Origin: an uncultured virus (IMG/VR IMGVR_UViG_3300042465_003390) | Lineage: Duplodnaviria; Heunggongvirae; Uroviricota; Caudoviricetes | Length of the DNA stretch: 20,000 nt | IMG/VR virus record: IMGVR_UViG_3300042465_003390 | Strand: one strand, 5' to 3' | Shown here: positions 9,169 to 17,171 of the stretch, one piece after another | Position numbering within the stretch: position 1 is the stretch's first letter | Layout of the letters: each line of letters opens with the position of its first letter | Notes under the pieces: generated by a model | Told to the model about the DNA's origin: nothing | The model's database searches: none | What the model saw: the letters and a program-made list of their open reading frames with translations, nothing else | Program-made: the position numbers and the translations under genes

Positions 9169-9582
9169 CTATTCACACCACGGCTGCTTGGCGTCTCCCT
9201 TGTAGGGTCGAGCCAAGCCTGCAGCTATTAGCATTTCGGAAAGGCTCTGGTGGTCAAGGTATACCTCACCCAGCACACGGCCACCATACTTGTCCCACTT
9301 GAGGATCACGACCTCCTTCTCGAGGGCGTTGGCTACGGCGTTCTTGGTGAACTTGGTGGCAGCCTGCGCCTTGGCAGCCTCTGCGTCACACTGTGCTCTA
9401 GGTGCCTTCTCGGGGGTGTCGATACCAATTACTCGGATCGACAGTTTCTGAGGCAGAGGCTCTGGCAGGAAGTCCACCGCGATCTCCACCGTGTCTCCGT
9501 CGATCACGCGAGTGATCTCATAGGCATCAGCGACTGAAGCCACCGCCGCAAACGAGAGACTCGAGAGCAGGAGCTTCATCAT
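9169..9582 (-). CDS. Thermonuclease (staphylococcal nuclease-like, SNase) with predicted Sec signal peptide
   Basis: RVIDGDTV, IRVIGIDTPE, DKYGGRVLG and LIAAGLA SNase motifs. N-terminal MMKLLLSSLSFAAVASVADA ends in an AxA cleavage site. Confidence 0.9.
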   Translation of the reverse strand: MMKLLLSSLSFAAVASVADAYEITRVIDGDTVEIAVDFLPEPLPQKLSIRVIGIDTPEKAPRAQCDAEAAKAQAATKFTKNAVANALEKEVVILKWDKYGGRVLGEVYLDHQSLSEMLIAAGLARPYKGDAKQPWCE

Positions 9583-9806
9583 TTCTTTGGTCTCTTGATC
9601 GGCACCTTCTTAGTGATGGTTTCCAGCACAGCCTCTTGCGCCATGTCTTTGCCCATACCGCCGAGCAGGTCACCGACGTTTCCAGTGGCTGCAGCCTTGA
9701 TCGCGTTCTCCACCGGGTCAGGCAGGTTTACCTTGTCCAAGACCACGTCAACAGCCTTCTCTTTGAGCTTGCGCCCCATGAACATCCCAATAAGTTTGCC
9801 AATCAT
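9579..9806 (-). CDS. Hypothetical protein (75 aa, amphipathic N-terminal helix, basic C-terminus) in the lysis cassette
   Basis: ATGA overlaps at both ends indicate a translationally coupled real gene; no family recognised. Confidence 0.7.
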   Translation of the reverse strand: MIGKLIGMFMGRKLKEKAVDVVLDKVNLPDPVENAIKAAATGNVGDLLGGMGKDMAQEAVLETITKKVPIKRPKK

Positions 9807-10084
9807 TCTGTGTACTCCTGTGTCGGCGGCTCGTCGTTGCCACCACGGTTTCGGTTGTTGCCAGCGGCCATCACGCCGCCGAGCGCCCCAACGATGAACG
9901 AGGCAATGGGTGTTAGAAGTTCAAAGAACTTGCGGTCATTCTCGCTTGAATCGCCGAGCGGCTGGGTCACGAAGACCAGCGAATAGAGAATGACAAAGAT
10001 GGTGCCGCCAAGGATCACGGTCAGTGCCACGCCAATGAAGTAACGCAGCTTCGCTTCCATAAAGTCAGGATCGTTCTTGCTCAT
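9803..10084 (-). CDS. Two-TM membrane protein, holin candidate
   Basis: Two hydrophobic segments (YFIGVALTVILGGTIFVILYSLVFV; LLTPIASFIVGALGGVMAA), charged C-terminal tail, located upstream of the endolysin. Confidence 0.55.
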   Translation of the reverse strand: MSKNDPDFMEAKLRYFIGVALTVILGGTIFVILYSLVFVTQPLGDSSENDRKFFELLTPIASFIVGALGGVMAAGNNRNRGGNDEPPTQEYTE

Positions 10085-10266
10085 TGCGAGTCTCCCGTCA
10101 GGTCAGTGGCGCACATGCCAGTGCGGAGGCAAATCGGTGGTGTGCATTCAAGCGCAGCCCAGTTAACGGGGTCTTGGCAGGGATAGCGATAAAACCCGTC
10201 TCCGCTAAACCAGAAGATTGCCGCAATAGCGGCAGCGAATAGGCCCCAGACAATCTTCTCAATCAT
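10081..10266 (-). CDS. Small membrane-anchored protein with a 4-Cys exported domain (YRYPCQDP.NW...C.PPIC...G.C)
   Basis: N-terminal TM helix IVWGLFAAAIAAIFWF, GAGGTGG SD upstream, ATGA-coupled to the 2-TM gene. Confidence 0.7.
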   Translation of the reverse strand: MIEKIVWGLFAAAIAAIFWFSGDGFYRYPCQDPVNWAALECTPPICLRTGMCATDLTGDSQ

Positions 10267-10275
10267 GTTGCCACC

Positions 10276-10485
10276 TCACCCCATTTTAAAGAGTATTCCC
10301 ATGAGCATGACGATGATTGTCCCAGCAGTGCCAACAAGAATGCCTTCCAGCCGTTTTGTTCTATTGAACAATTCTTTGAACTGGATGCGAACCTCAGTTT
10401 TTATGGACGACACATCGCGCTCCAATTGTCCAACTCGTGGCTCAATCAGATCAAGGCGCTTGTTGACAGATTCTTCTGTGGACAT
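10276..10485 (-). CDS. Coiled coil plus C-terminal TM protein (XhlA-like, lysis associated)
   Basis: Heptad pattern RLDLIEPRVGQLERDVSSIK...RTKRLE followed by hydrophobic GILVGTAGTIIVMLMGILF; GGAG SD. Confidence 0.6.
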   Translation of the reverse strand: MSTEESVNKRLDLIEPRVGQLERDVSSIKTEVRIQFKELFNRTKRLEGILVGTAGTIIVMLMGILFKMG

Positions 10486-10508
10486 TCGGTGACTCCGCTC
10501 TGCGCAAC

Positions 10509-11339
10509 TTACTGAGGTGACATGAAACGATTACGCATGCTCATAAGGCCGCCCATGCTAGGCTTTGTGCCAGAAAAACCGGGCAATGGTCTATTGTTTA
10601 CTTGGCTTGGCAGAGGCATAGGCCGTGGCGTCTGAGGCTGCACCGTTCCACCGCCCTTGCCCGCACTCATTCTGGACAGTATTGACGCAACTTCATTTGG
10701 GCCGACTTGTGGCGGAGTCTGTGGAAGCATGCCTTGCGCCATCTCGTTGATGCGTTGGCGCTCAGCCACGCTCATCATCTCCATGGGGCGATCCATCAGG
10801 CGCTGAGAACCACCAAGGCGCGAGTAGTTCTGAGCTGCGTACTGGAATGCAGGGCTTACATTGGGATTCTGCTGCATTGGCAAGCTACCAAGACCCTGCT
10901 GATACGGCATCATCTGATACGGAACCTGCCCAGCGCCACGCTGAGATTCAAAAATACGCAGAGCCTCACGGCGCATCTCTGGTGTAACCTGAGGCGGTGG
11001 CGGCGGAGTTACTGGGCCCGGTGTGATGGGCATCGTGGTAATTGGCGGCTCAACTGGCAACGTGGCACGGGGCGGCGGATTGTCAGTCATGTCACGTCTT
11101 CCGGGATCGCGATCAGCTTGTCCCCGATTACGTTCCATCGTCGCTGCAGTGCGAGATTGGAAGTCCCGGATTTGACCTTGAGTGTAGCCTCTGTTCGAAA
11201 GGTTCGAGGCTTGCTTGTCTCGCGATGCAAACGGGCCCGCTGCAAACCCCATGGCTACGTCTCTGGCAATGCCCTGACCCACGCCGCGAATACCCTCTCC
11301 GGGTGCACTTCTTTCACTTCTGTCTCGGCCCAGTCCCAT
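10509..11339 (-). CDS. Hypothetical low-complexity Pro/Gln/Arg/Met-rich protein (276 aa)
   Basis: Fills the gap on the coding strand with a GAGGA SD; no Cys, Trp or His; no recognisable domain. Confidence 0.7.
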   Translation of the reverse strand: MGLGRDRSERSAPGEGIRGVGQGIARDVAMGFAAGPFASRDKQASNLSNRGYTQGQIRDFQSRTAATMERNRGQADRDPGRRDMTDNPPPRATLPVEPPITTMPITPGPVTPPPPPQVTPEMRREALRIFESQRGAGQVPYQMMPYQQGLGSLPMQQNPNVSPAFQYAAQNYSRLGGSQRLMDRPMEMMSVAERQRINEMAQGMLPQTPPQVGPNEVASILSRMSAGKGGGTVQPQTPRPMPLPSQVNNRPLPGFSGTKPSMGGLMSMRNRFMSPQ

Positions 11340-11369
11340 AATGTTCTTCCTCTTCCGGCGTCAACCTGA

Positions 11370-11669
11370 CTATGTCGTTGTCACGGTAACGGAGCCGACA
11401 AGGCCAGTGCCAGACGACCCACGAACGTGTGGTGTGTTTTCCTCAGTGATCTTAACATAACCACCGTGGTTAAATATAGCCCCGGTTTCCAAGCCAGAAT
11501 CATCGGTCTGGAGATTGGTGAAAACAGTAAATGTATTCCGTCCCTCGCCGGGATTGCGCGCCTGATCCAGATACAATGAGAACGCGCGGATGACCTCGTT
11601 AAAGTACTTCTGATCGTACTCTTTCGGAGGAATTGGAAAGTATGGCGCTGGTACAAGCCTGTTCGACAT
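11370..11669 (-). CDS. Small putative virion protein downstream of the tail nozzle gene (99 aa)
   Basis: TGATG overlap with the nozzle gene. N-terminal P.FPIPPKEYDQKYFNEVIRAFSLYLDQ is a pattern I recognise at this position in related phages. Confidence 0.65.
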   Translation of the reverse strand: MSNRLVPAPYFPIPPKEYDQKYFNEVIRAFSLYLDQARNPGEGRNTFTVFTNLQTDDSGLETGAIFNHGGYVKITEENTPHVRGSSGTGLVGSVTVTTT

Positions 11670-13588
11670 CAGCGTCTACCATCAGGCCTGATATCAATAC
11701 TTGGCGAACCAAGTCTCCATCCAACCCCCGTCGTCAAGGACTCAACCCGGAGCGCCATCGATCTGCCCCGCAGTCTGACATACACCTGATTGGTGAACTG
11801 TTCGACTGGGGTTGATGATGTCTTGGTGACAATCTCGTTGTCATCCTGAAGATAAGCACCGCCGGGGAAGTTTCGTGCCTTCATTGTGAACACCACAGAT
11901 GGTGATGTTGCGCTAGAATTCCTGAAGGTGATGTCAGGGATCAAACGGCCAACGAAGCTAAAGTTATTGCCATCAGCGATGTCAAACGGGCTTGACTCGA
12001 TGTAGGCATTGATTGCCGTAGCGGGCGACGTGCTGCCGTCGTCAAAACCGCTCTCATGGTAGTACAGGTAGCCATCCAAGCCCGCAGCTATTGGAAGCCC
12101 AAAAACGCCACGGTCGATCCACGCGCTGCGCGCTATCGATCCGTAATACCAGATGTTCTGTTCGTAGTTATAAACGACATAGCGATCTAGTACGTTGCTG
12201 TTGGCTGATGGGTAGAACCACCAGATTTCAGCAAACGATGCATTGGTAGAGCAGAAGACTTTCTCGATTTGATTCGAGTTGAAATCTGAGAAAACATAGT
12301 CCCTGACAGAACAAGGAAGCTTCTGCACAGAGCCGTTGTAAACATAAAACTCTGTTTGCCCCATCCAGTAGACAGTGTCATCTACAGCTACAATTGCATT
12401 CGGCCCAGCAATGGTTGTGCCCTCTGCCATCATATTAATGCCGAATGTAAACGGCGGGCCGAGGTACTGCATCGCGTGAACTGAGATGTCTGTCAGCACG
12501 AGTATCTGCTGGCGCGTTTCAACGGCAGTAACGATTCGCGATCCAGAACCAATGAGCAAATCACCTGCTGTGTTTGTAGTTGTTGGAGTCCAGTCTGCTG
12601 CGTTTTCTTGATCGGAGAAACGGATGAGCAACGGGTCTTGCGTTGATGAGCCAAGTGGGTTGCACCCAAAGGCGATAACATGCCTATCCACATCAGAAAC
12701 AATAATCTTGGCAGCAACAGTTGGAGCGTTGCTGGCACCACTCAGTGCCGTCAATGGAACGGCTCTCTGCGCAAGGGGTGTTGCTACAGAAGCATCCCAG
12801 TAATAGATGCCACCATTATAGATGTTCATGATGAGGTCTTCACCGAAGTTGTCGTGCGACCATACGCGAAGCGTATCCGTCAAGGCGTCAATGGATGCGC
12901 CGGAGCCCCAAGTGCCACGGCCCCAAAATGACGCTCCCCATCCGTTCCCATAAAGGGAAGTGTTGAGACCAGTATTGATCTGATAGGCACCAACAACAGA
13001 CGCGCCACCATCTCCGCTGTCAGATGCGTTGGCAAGCACAGGCACGGGTGTGTACTGCCCATCAACTGTAATGTCCGCCACTGTGTTCACAGCACGAGCG
13101 ACAATGGTGTATGAGTTGTCGTTGACGATTGTTGCAATCTGATACTCTTGGTTCAGGATTGCGGCGGTGATGTTGCCACCTAAGCTGGTGGCGCCCGTGA
13201 AGGTGACAAAGTCGCCAGCGACAGCACCATGTGCCGTGTCAGAAATCGTAAGAACAGATGATCCGTCAGTTGCAGCAAAGGTCACACCTCCGGCAGTTGT
13301 CGTTGCCCTGATTGGTGTGATGTCGTAGTAGCCTTCACCTTCTTCGATGTAGTACTTGAGGTTCGTGCCAAGACCCAGATAGTTGTCTAGGTTAATTGTT
13401 CGCCACGAATGCAGAGCACGGCACGTTCCCAAGAAGGATTTCAGGCCAAGCCGAACCCAACCGCCAATCTTCTCTGGATAACCAGCGCGAAAGCGCATCT
13501 TGTCCACGTCAAACCAGCCACCCTCATTACTGTATGAGGTTGATTCACGGTTGATGCCGGGCTGGAACTGGAGCTTTGAGAGCGGCAT
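11669..13588 (-). CDS. Tail tubular/nozzle (head-closure, P22 gp10 / T7 gp12-like stabilisation) protein, 639 aa
   Basis: MPLSKLQFQPGINRE.T.Y..EGGW.D.DK.RFR.GYPEKIGGW start, beta-rich body with IRFSDQEN..DWTPT.TNTAGD and EIWWFYPS...DRYVVYNY, C-terminal RLRGR.MALRVES...GWRLG...IDIRPDGRR. Inserted TAHGAVAGDFVTFTG domain. Confidence 0.8.
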   Translation of the reverse strand: MPLSKLQFQPGINRESTSYSNEGGWFDVDKMRFRAGYPEKIGGWVRLGLKSFLGTCRALHSWRTINLDNYLGLGTNLKYYIEEGEGYYDITPIRATTTAGGVTFAATDGSSVLTISDTAHGAVAGDFVTFTGATSLGGNITAAILNQEYQIATIVNDNSYTIVARAVNTVADITVDGQYTPVPVLANASDSGDGGASVVGAYQINTGLNTSLYGNGWGASFWGRGTWGSGASIDALTDTLRVWSHDNFGEDLIMNIYNGGIYYWDASVATPLAQRAVPLTALSGASNAPTVAAKIIVSDVDRHVIAFGCNPLGSSTQDPLLIRFSDQENAADWTPTTTNTAGDLLIGSGSRIVTAVETRQQILVLTDISVHAMQYLGPPFTFGINMMAEGTTIAGPNAIVAVDDTVYWMGQTEFYVYNGSVQKLPCSVRDYVFSDFNSNQIEKVFCSTNASFAEIWWFYPSANSNVLDRYVVYNYEQNIWYYGSIARSAWIDRGVFGLPIAAGLDGYLYYHESGFDDGSTSPATAINAYIESSPFDIADGNNFSFVGRLIPDITFRNSSATSPSVVFTMKARNFPGGAYLQDDNEIVTKTSSTPVEQFTNQVYVRLRGRSMALRVESLTTGVGWRLGSPSIDIRPDGRR

Positions 13589-13597
13589 TGTGGCATC

Positions 13598-14347
13598 CTA
13601 GAGCATGGCGTTTGTTTTTGTCATGTCTGCCCGCGTGTACCGCTGATAACCAGAGATTTCAGGCATCGGCACGGTGACAATCTCCGCATTGGTTTCAATG
13701 GCCACGGACGTAGCAACATCCATAAAGGACTGAACGTTTCCTGTTCCTAAGTTATACACGCCGCAAACGTCCAAGTCAAAGAAGCGTTTATGAACCTCAA
13801 TCAACCGCTCCACTGGCACAAAGTCTCGGAAAAATCCCTCGCTGCCCTCAAACACCCTGATTACGCCGTCAGCCGCTGCCTGTCTGCGGAACAAACTGTG
13901 CGGCGATGGCTGATCTTTATGATCCTCGTGCGGGCCGTAGACGTTGAAGTAGCGAAAGAGCTGGACGGGAATGCCCCAGTTGTGCCGCTCGACGTATTTC
14001 TCCACGATGAACTTAGACAGCGCGTAAGGGTTCAATGGCTGCGGCTTGTCGGTCTCGACAAAGGTGGTGTTGTCCGGGCCATAGACGGCAGCCGACGAGG
14101 CGATCTGGATGGGGATGCCACGCTCCTCGCAGGCTGTGATAAGGCGCACGGAGGAGATGACGTTCTGCCGCAGGAGCGCATCCCAATCCCGGCACGCAGT
14201 GCTGCTGATCGCGCCGAGGTGGATGACCCGCTCAATGCCGTCAAGGTTTGGCTCGCCGTCGCCCCACTCGTGGCCTACGGCGTCTGGCAGAGCGGCCAAC
14301 ATGTTCTGCCCAATGAAGCCCCTATGTCCGGTGATTAGGATAGGCAT
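13598..14347 (-). CDS. hldD: ADP-L-glycero-D-manno-heptose 6-epimerase-like extended SDR (249 aa)
   Basis: Start reassigned to ATG 14347 (MPILITGHRGFIG, GxxGxxG). HLGAISST, ASSAAVYG, YALSK (YxxxK), RYFNVYGPHEDHK, FEGSEGFFRDFV and YQRYTRADMTK all parallel HldD/RfaD-specific motifs. Confidence 0.85.
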   Translation of the reverse strand: MPILITGHRGFIGQNMLAALPDAVGHEWGDGEPNLDGIERVIHLGAISSTACRDWDALLRQNVISSVRLITACEERGIPIQIASSAAVYGPDNTTFVETDKPQPLNPYALSKFIVEKYVERHNWGIPVQLFRYFNVYGPHEDHKDQPSPHSLFRRQAAADGVIRVFEGSEGFFRDFVPVERLIEVHKRFFDLDVCGVYNLGTGNVQSFMDVATSVAIETNAEIVTVPMPEISGYQRYTRADMTKTNAML

Positions 14348-14750
14348 GTGCCAGCCTCGCGCGCTGCAGGGTCGAAGACAGGCCATGCCTCCGGCTGTTG
14401 TAGTGGATGTGGATGCCGAGGCTCTCACAAAGTTCCCGGCCCGTGAAGGGCTTGTCGCGATACTCCTCACCCAAGAACCGAATGTTGGGCCGCACCAAGG
14501 CGATGATCTGGAGCAGCTCCTCCTCGGTCTGGTACGGTATGATCCTGCCAACGTACTTAATCGCGGAGAGTTGGATATACCGCTCGGAGAGTGGCTGCAC
14601 GGGCTTTGACTTCTCAACCCGCTCGGTGCTCGGGTCAACGTGCAGGCCGCAGATCAGCGTGTCGCACAGCGCCGCCGCCTCCTCCAGCATTGAGATATGC
14701 CCGGCATGAATCAAGTCAAAGGCCGACGCCGTGAAGCCTAGAATAGCCAT
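14322..14750 (-). CDS. Glycerol-3-phosphate cytidylyltransferase (TagD)-like nucleotidyltransferase
   Basis: GFTASAFDLIHAGH (HxGH), GLHVDPS.ER..K.KPVQ..SERY, LGEEY, RRHGLSST. Substrate not established. Confidence 0.8.
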   Translation of the reverse strand: MAILGFTASAFDLIHAGHISMLEEAAALCDTLICGLHVDPSTERVEKSKPVQPLSERYIQLSAIKYVGRIIPYQTEEELLQIIALVRPNIRFLGEEYRDKPFTGRELCESLGIHIHYNSRRHGLSSTLQRARLAHAYPNHRT

Positions 14751-15040
14751 TGTGCCTTATCATCCACCCATACGTCATACGAAGGCTTGCCCATCCAAAG
14801 CTCGTGGTGCTTGCACCCCCACTCCTCGAGCTGCTGATTTGTCAAAACAGACCAGTCAGTTTTAGAGGTCATGCCTCTGGCCGTCCAATAGACGATGATG
14901 TGGCCCTTGTCGTACAGATCGTTGATCTGCGCAATGCGGGAGGTGAGCGGTTTAGACTTAGTGTAGTCACCGTTTATGGTCAGGCAGATCGTGCCATCGA
15001 TGTCGATAACGTACTTCTTGCAGCCGGGATTTGGTGTCAT
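14738..15040 (-). CDS. Small cap-less HAD phosphatase (capsule-biosynthesis phosphatase BcbF/EcbF-like)
   Basis: HAD motif I YVIDIDGTIC, motif II WTARG, motifs III/IV GKP.YDVWVDDKA. Confidence 0.85.
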   Translation of the reverse strand: MTPNPGCKKYVIDIDGTICLTINGDYTKSKPLTSRIAQINDLYDKGHIIVYWTARGMTSKTDWSVLTNQQLEEWGCKHHELWMGKPSYDVWVDDKAQWLF

Positions 15041-15765
15041 TGCAGGTCACTCTTCTTGAGTGCATAAACGCCGGGTCTCGTGCAAGCCAGCGCGGCGTAG
15101 TGGTTAGCAGCCATAAGTGCCGAGGGCATGTCGCCCGTCTTGGTAAACTCATAAGCCAGAGCAGCAAGGAACGTGTCCCCCGCACCGCAGACGTCAATGG
15201 CATCGACGACCGGAGCCGGGAAGTTCTCGTCCTTGTACCAGCAGCCTCCTGCCCCGCAGGTCACGACCAACTCGTCAGGTTCGCTTATGAGTCGCAGCCG
15301 CTCCGCGCTATTGATTTTGTAAATCGGCCCCGACAGAGACTTGAGGTTAGTGAGTTTGGTATCCACGAAGATCGGCCCGTCGAATAGGGCGATGATATCG
15401 CGAAGCACGTCCGCTGTGATGAAGCCCTTGGCATAGTCGGATATGACGACCGCGTCGAATCGCTCATAGTGCTGCCGCTCCCGCACGACATACGGCAAAG
15501 ACTTTGCGTCCATATCGACGCGCAAGAGTTGTGTCACATCGTCATCGGCATAGTACCGGGACTTGCGGGAGTGCGGCGGCGGTGGCCCCTCGAAGACCAC
15601 AGAGCAGAAGGCTCGCAAGTTATTGGCGACGTTGGCAGCCATGCCTAGCGTGGCCCGCATATGGGTCTGCTTCATGAGCGGAGCGTCCGATTCCGGGTTC
15701 TTCCGATCAAAGACGCCCATGTAGTGGTGGTCTTCGCACACATCTCCAATGACGAGAATCATCAT
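15037..15765 (-). CDS. hldA: PfkB-family sugar kinase, HldE/RfaE domain I-like (heptose-7-phosphate kinase)
   Basis: ILVIGDVCED...G..DRKNPES..P, GMAANVANNL, LLRVD, ISDYAKGF, PIFVDTK and the PfkB signature DVCGAGDTFLAAL. Confidence 0.8.
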   Translation of the reverse strand: MMILVIGDVCEDHHYMGVFDRKNPESDAPLMKQTHMRATLGMAANVANNLRAFCSVVFEGPPPPHSRKSRYYADDDVTQLLRVDMDAKSLPYVVRERQHYERFDAVVISDYAKGFITADVLRDIIALFDGPIFVDTKLTNLKSLSGPIYKINSAERLRLISEPDELVVTCGAGGCWYKDENFPAPVVDAIDVCGAGDTFLAALAYEFTKTGDMPSALMAANHYAALACTRPGVYALKKSDLQ

Positions 15766-16109
15766 GTCTGACTGTCTCCCGGCACAATGCGATAGTTATC
15801 AGCGGCCATGTCCCTGCTAGAAACTTCAATAATGATTCCGGGGCCGGAGATGCAATGCAGTTGGTGAGGCAGGAGCGGCGTATTTCGCCAGACGTCTTGA
15901 GGATAAAGTTTTCGCGTGGAGAACGTAGCGGTTTCTGTGTCAATAATCGTCAGATCGAAAACGCCCTGCAGGACGTACCACGTCTCGTCCTTGTCCTTGT
16001 GGAAATGCATTGAGAACTTCTTGCCCTGCTCGAAGCACAGAAGTTTCCCACAGTATGTCTCCGTCGAGGCAAAGATTTCCTCGTGCCCCCAGCCCTTTTT
16101 GACGCGCAT
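15762..16109 (-). CDS. Cupin-fold protein (sugar isomerase-like)
   Basis: Start reassigned to ATG 16109 (AAGGA SD). [26 protein letters not shown] (H-x-H...E metal ligands), PLLPHQL and IIEVS. Confidence 0.8.
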   Translation of the reverse strand: MRVKKGWGHEEIFASTETYCGKLLCFEQGKKFSMHFHKDKDETWYVLQGVFDLTIIDTETATFSTRKLYPQDVWRNTPLLPHQLHCISGPGIIIEVSSRDMAADNYRIVPGDSQT

Positions 16110-16482
16110 CTTCAATGATCCTTGTTGTGGACTTTTCGGCAATATAGGGGAAGATAACAACCCTTGCCAAGTCTATTCCAACAACATCATCCGCTTCGTA
16201 GTCACCGCCTTTAGTAATGACGTCAGGACGCAGGCTTTTGATCAGCTCGTATGGGGTGTCCTCGTCGAAGATCACCACCTCGTCAACGCAGGCCAGCGCC
16301 CGCAGAACCTCGGCCCGATCCTCTTGAGAATTGATGGGGCGGTCTGATCCCTTGATCCGCCGGACGGATGCGTCAGAGTTCAGGCCGACGACCAGCCTCG
16401 TGCCTAGGGCCTTGGACGCCTGCAGGTATCGGATGTGGCCGACGTGCAGGATGTCGAAGCAGCCGTTGGTGAAGACTAGCAT
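15940..16482 (-). CDS. hldC: HldE/RfaE domain II-like heptose-1-phosphate nucleotidyltransferase
   Basis: [38 protein letters not shown]...DRAEVL.AL.CVD.V..FDEDTP, KGGDY and STTRII. The last ~55 aa are run-on over the cupin gene. Confidence 0.9.
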   Translation of the reverse strand: MLVFTNGCFDILHVGHIRYLQASKALGTRLVVGLNSDASVRRIKGSDRPINSQEDRAEVLRALACVDEVVIFDEDTPYELIKSLRPDVITKGGDYEADDVVGIDLARVVIFPYIAEKSTTRIIEDARQKGLGARGNLCLDGDILWETSVLRAGQEVLNAFPQGQGRDVVRPAGRFRSDDY

Positions 16483-17168
16483 GTCAGGTCGTCGTTGCGC
16501 TTCGTGCTGCGGCCCTCTTTCGGGCGGCCCAAGATCGTCGTCTCTTGGTCTTTCACGTCATATGCGAAGACGCCCATCTGGTGAATGGGGAAAATGTCGG
16601 CGCGCAGCAAAATGTCGAGCGGGGCGCTGATGCCGTACTTCAGCACATGGGCCAGCATGTTCTTGGCCACGGCAGGATCGACGGCATAGGCGTGGGCCCG
16701 GCAGATGAAGTGGTAGTTGGGCCCCTCGCTGGCATGCGGCGGCGTCGGCATGACACCCCAGCCTTGGTTCACCTGCTCGTTGCTGCCGAGATAGCAGATC
16801 GAGTTGAAGACGGCATGCTGCGTGTAGGGCTGCACCATGACGGCGTCATGCTCAAGGATCACGAGCGGTCGGTCTTCCAACACGCACTTCTGCCAGAGGC
16901 TGATGTGGCTCAACGCGCAGGCCACCTCGCCTCGGGTCATGTAGTGGTCGGTGACCTTGACCATGGCAGGCACGCCGCCGTGGTGTGCGGGCGGCTGGAT
17001 CGGGTTCTGGATGCCGTCGTAGGCGTCCCAGTATTCCCACGGCATCCCGGCCAAGTCGCAGCTGTCGGCAGCTCTTTGGGCTTTCTCCTCGGACGAGGGG
17101 TGGCCCTTCACGCGGATGATGTGCGCTGCCGACACGCCGAGGTCATAGCTGAAGTTTAGAGAGCGCAA
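16476..17168 (-). CDS. Glycosyltransferase family 25 (GT-A fold)
   Basis: [37 protein letters not shown] and APLD match the GT25 pattern (GE.GC..SH..LW...ILEDD). TTG start with AAAGGA SD. Confidence 0.8.
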   Translation of the reverse strand: MRSLNFSYDLGVSAAHIIRVKGHPSSEEKAQRAADSCDLAGMPWEYWDAYDGIQNPIQPPAHHGGVPAMVKVTDHYMTRGEVACALSHISLWQKCVLEDRPLVILEHDAVMVQPYTQHAVFNSICYLGSNEQVNQGWGVMPTPPHASEGPNYHFICRAHAYAVDPAVAKNMLAHVLKYGISAPLDILLRADIFPIHQMGVFAYDVKDQETTILGRPKEGRSTKRNDDLTC

Positions 17169-17171
17169 AGG

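Noticed and set aside
14348..14638. 97-aa N-terminal extension of the epimerase in the ORF track (similarly the 16160 start for the cupin and the 8230 start for the core protein)
   Set aside because: The 14638 and 16160 extensions lie within upstream genes and precede the natural domain starts at ATG 14347 and 16109. ATG 16109 and 8218 have good SD sequences, whereas TTG 8230 overlaps the SD itself.
13598..17168. Interpretation as a bacterial chromosomal LPS locus or assembly chimera
   Set aside because: The genes are shortened, interleaved with phage tail-type genes, on the same strand and only 9 nt from the nozzle gene. A chimera cannot be fully excluded without reads.
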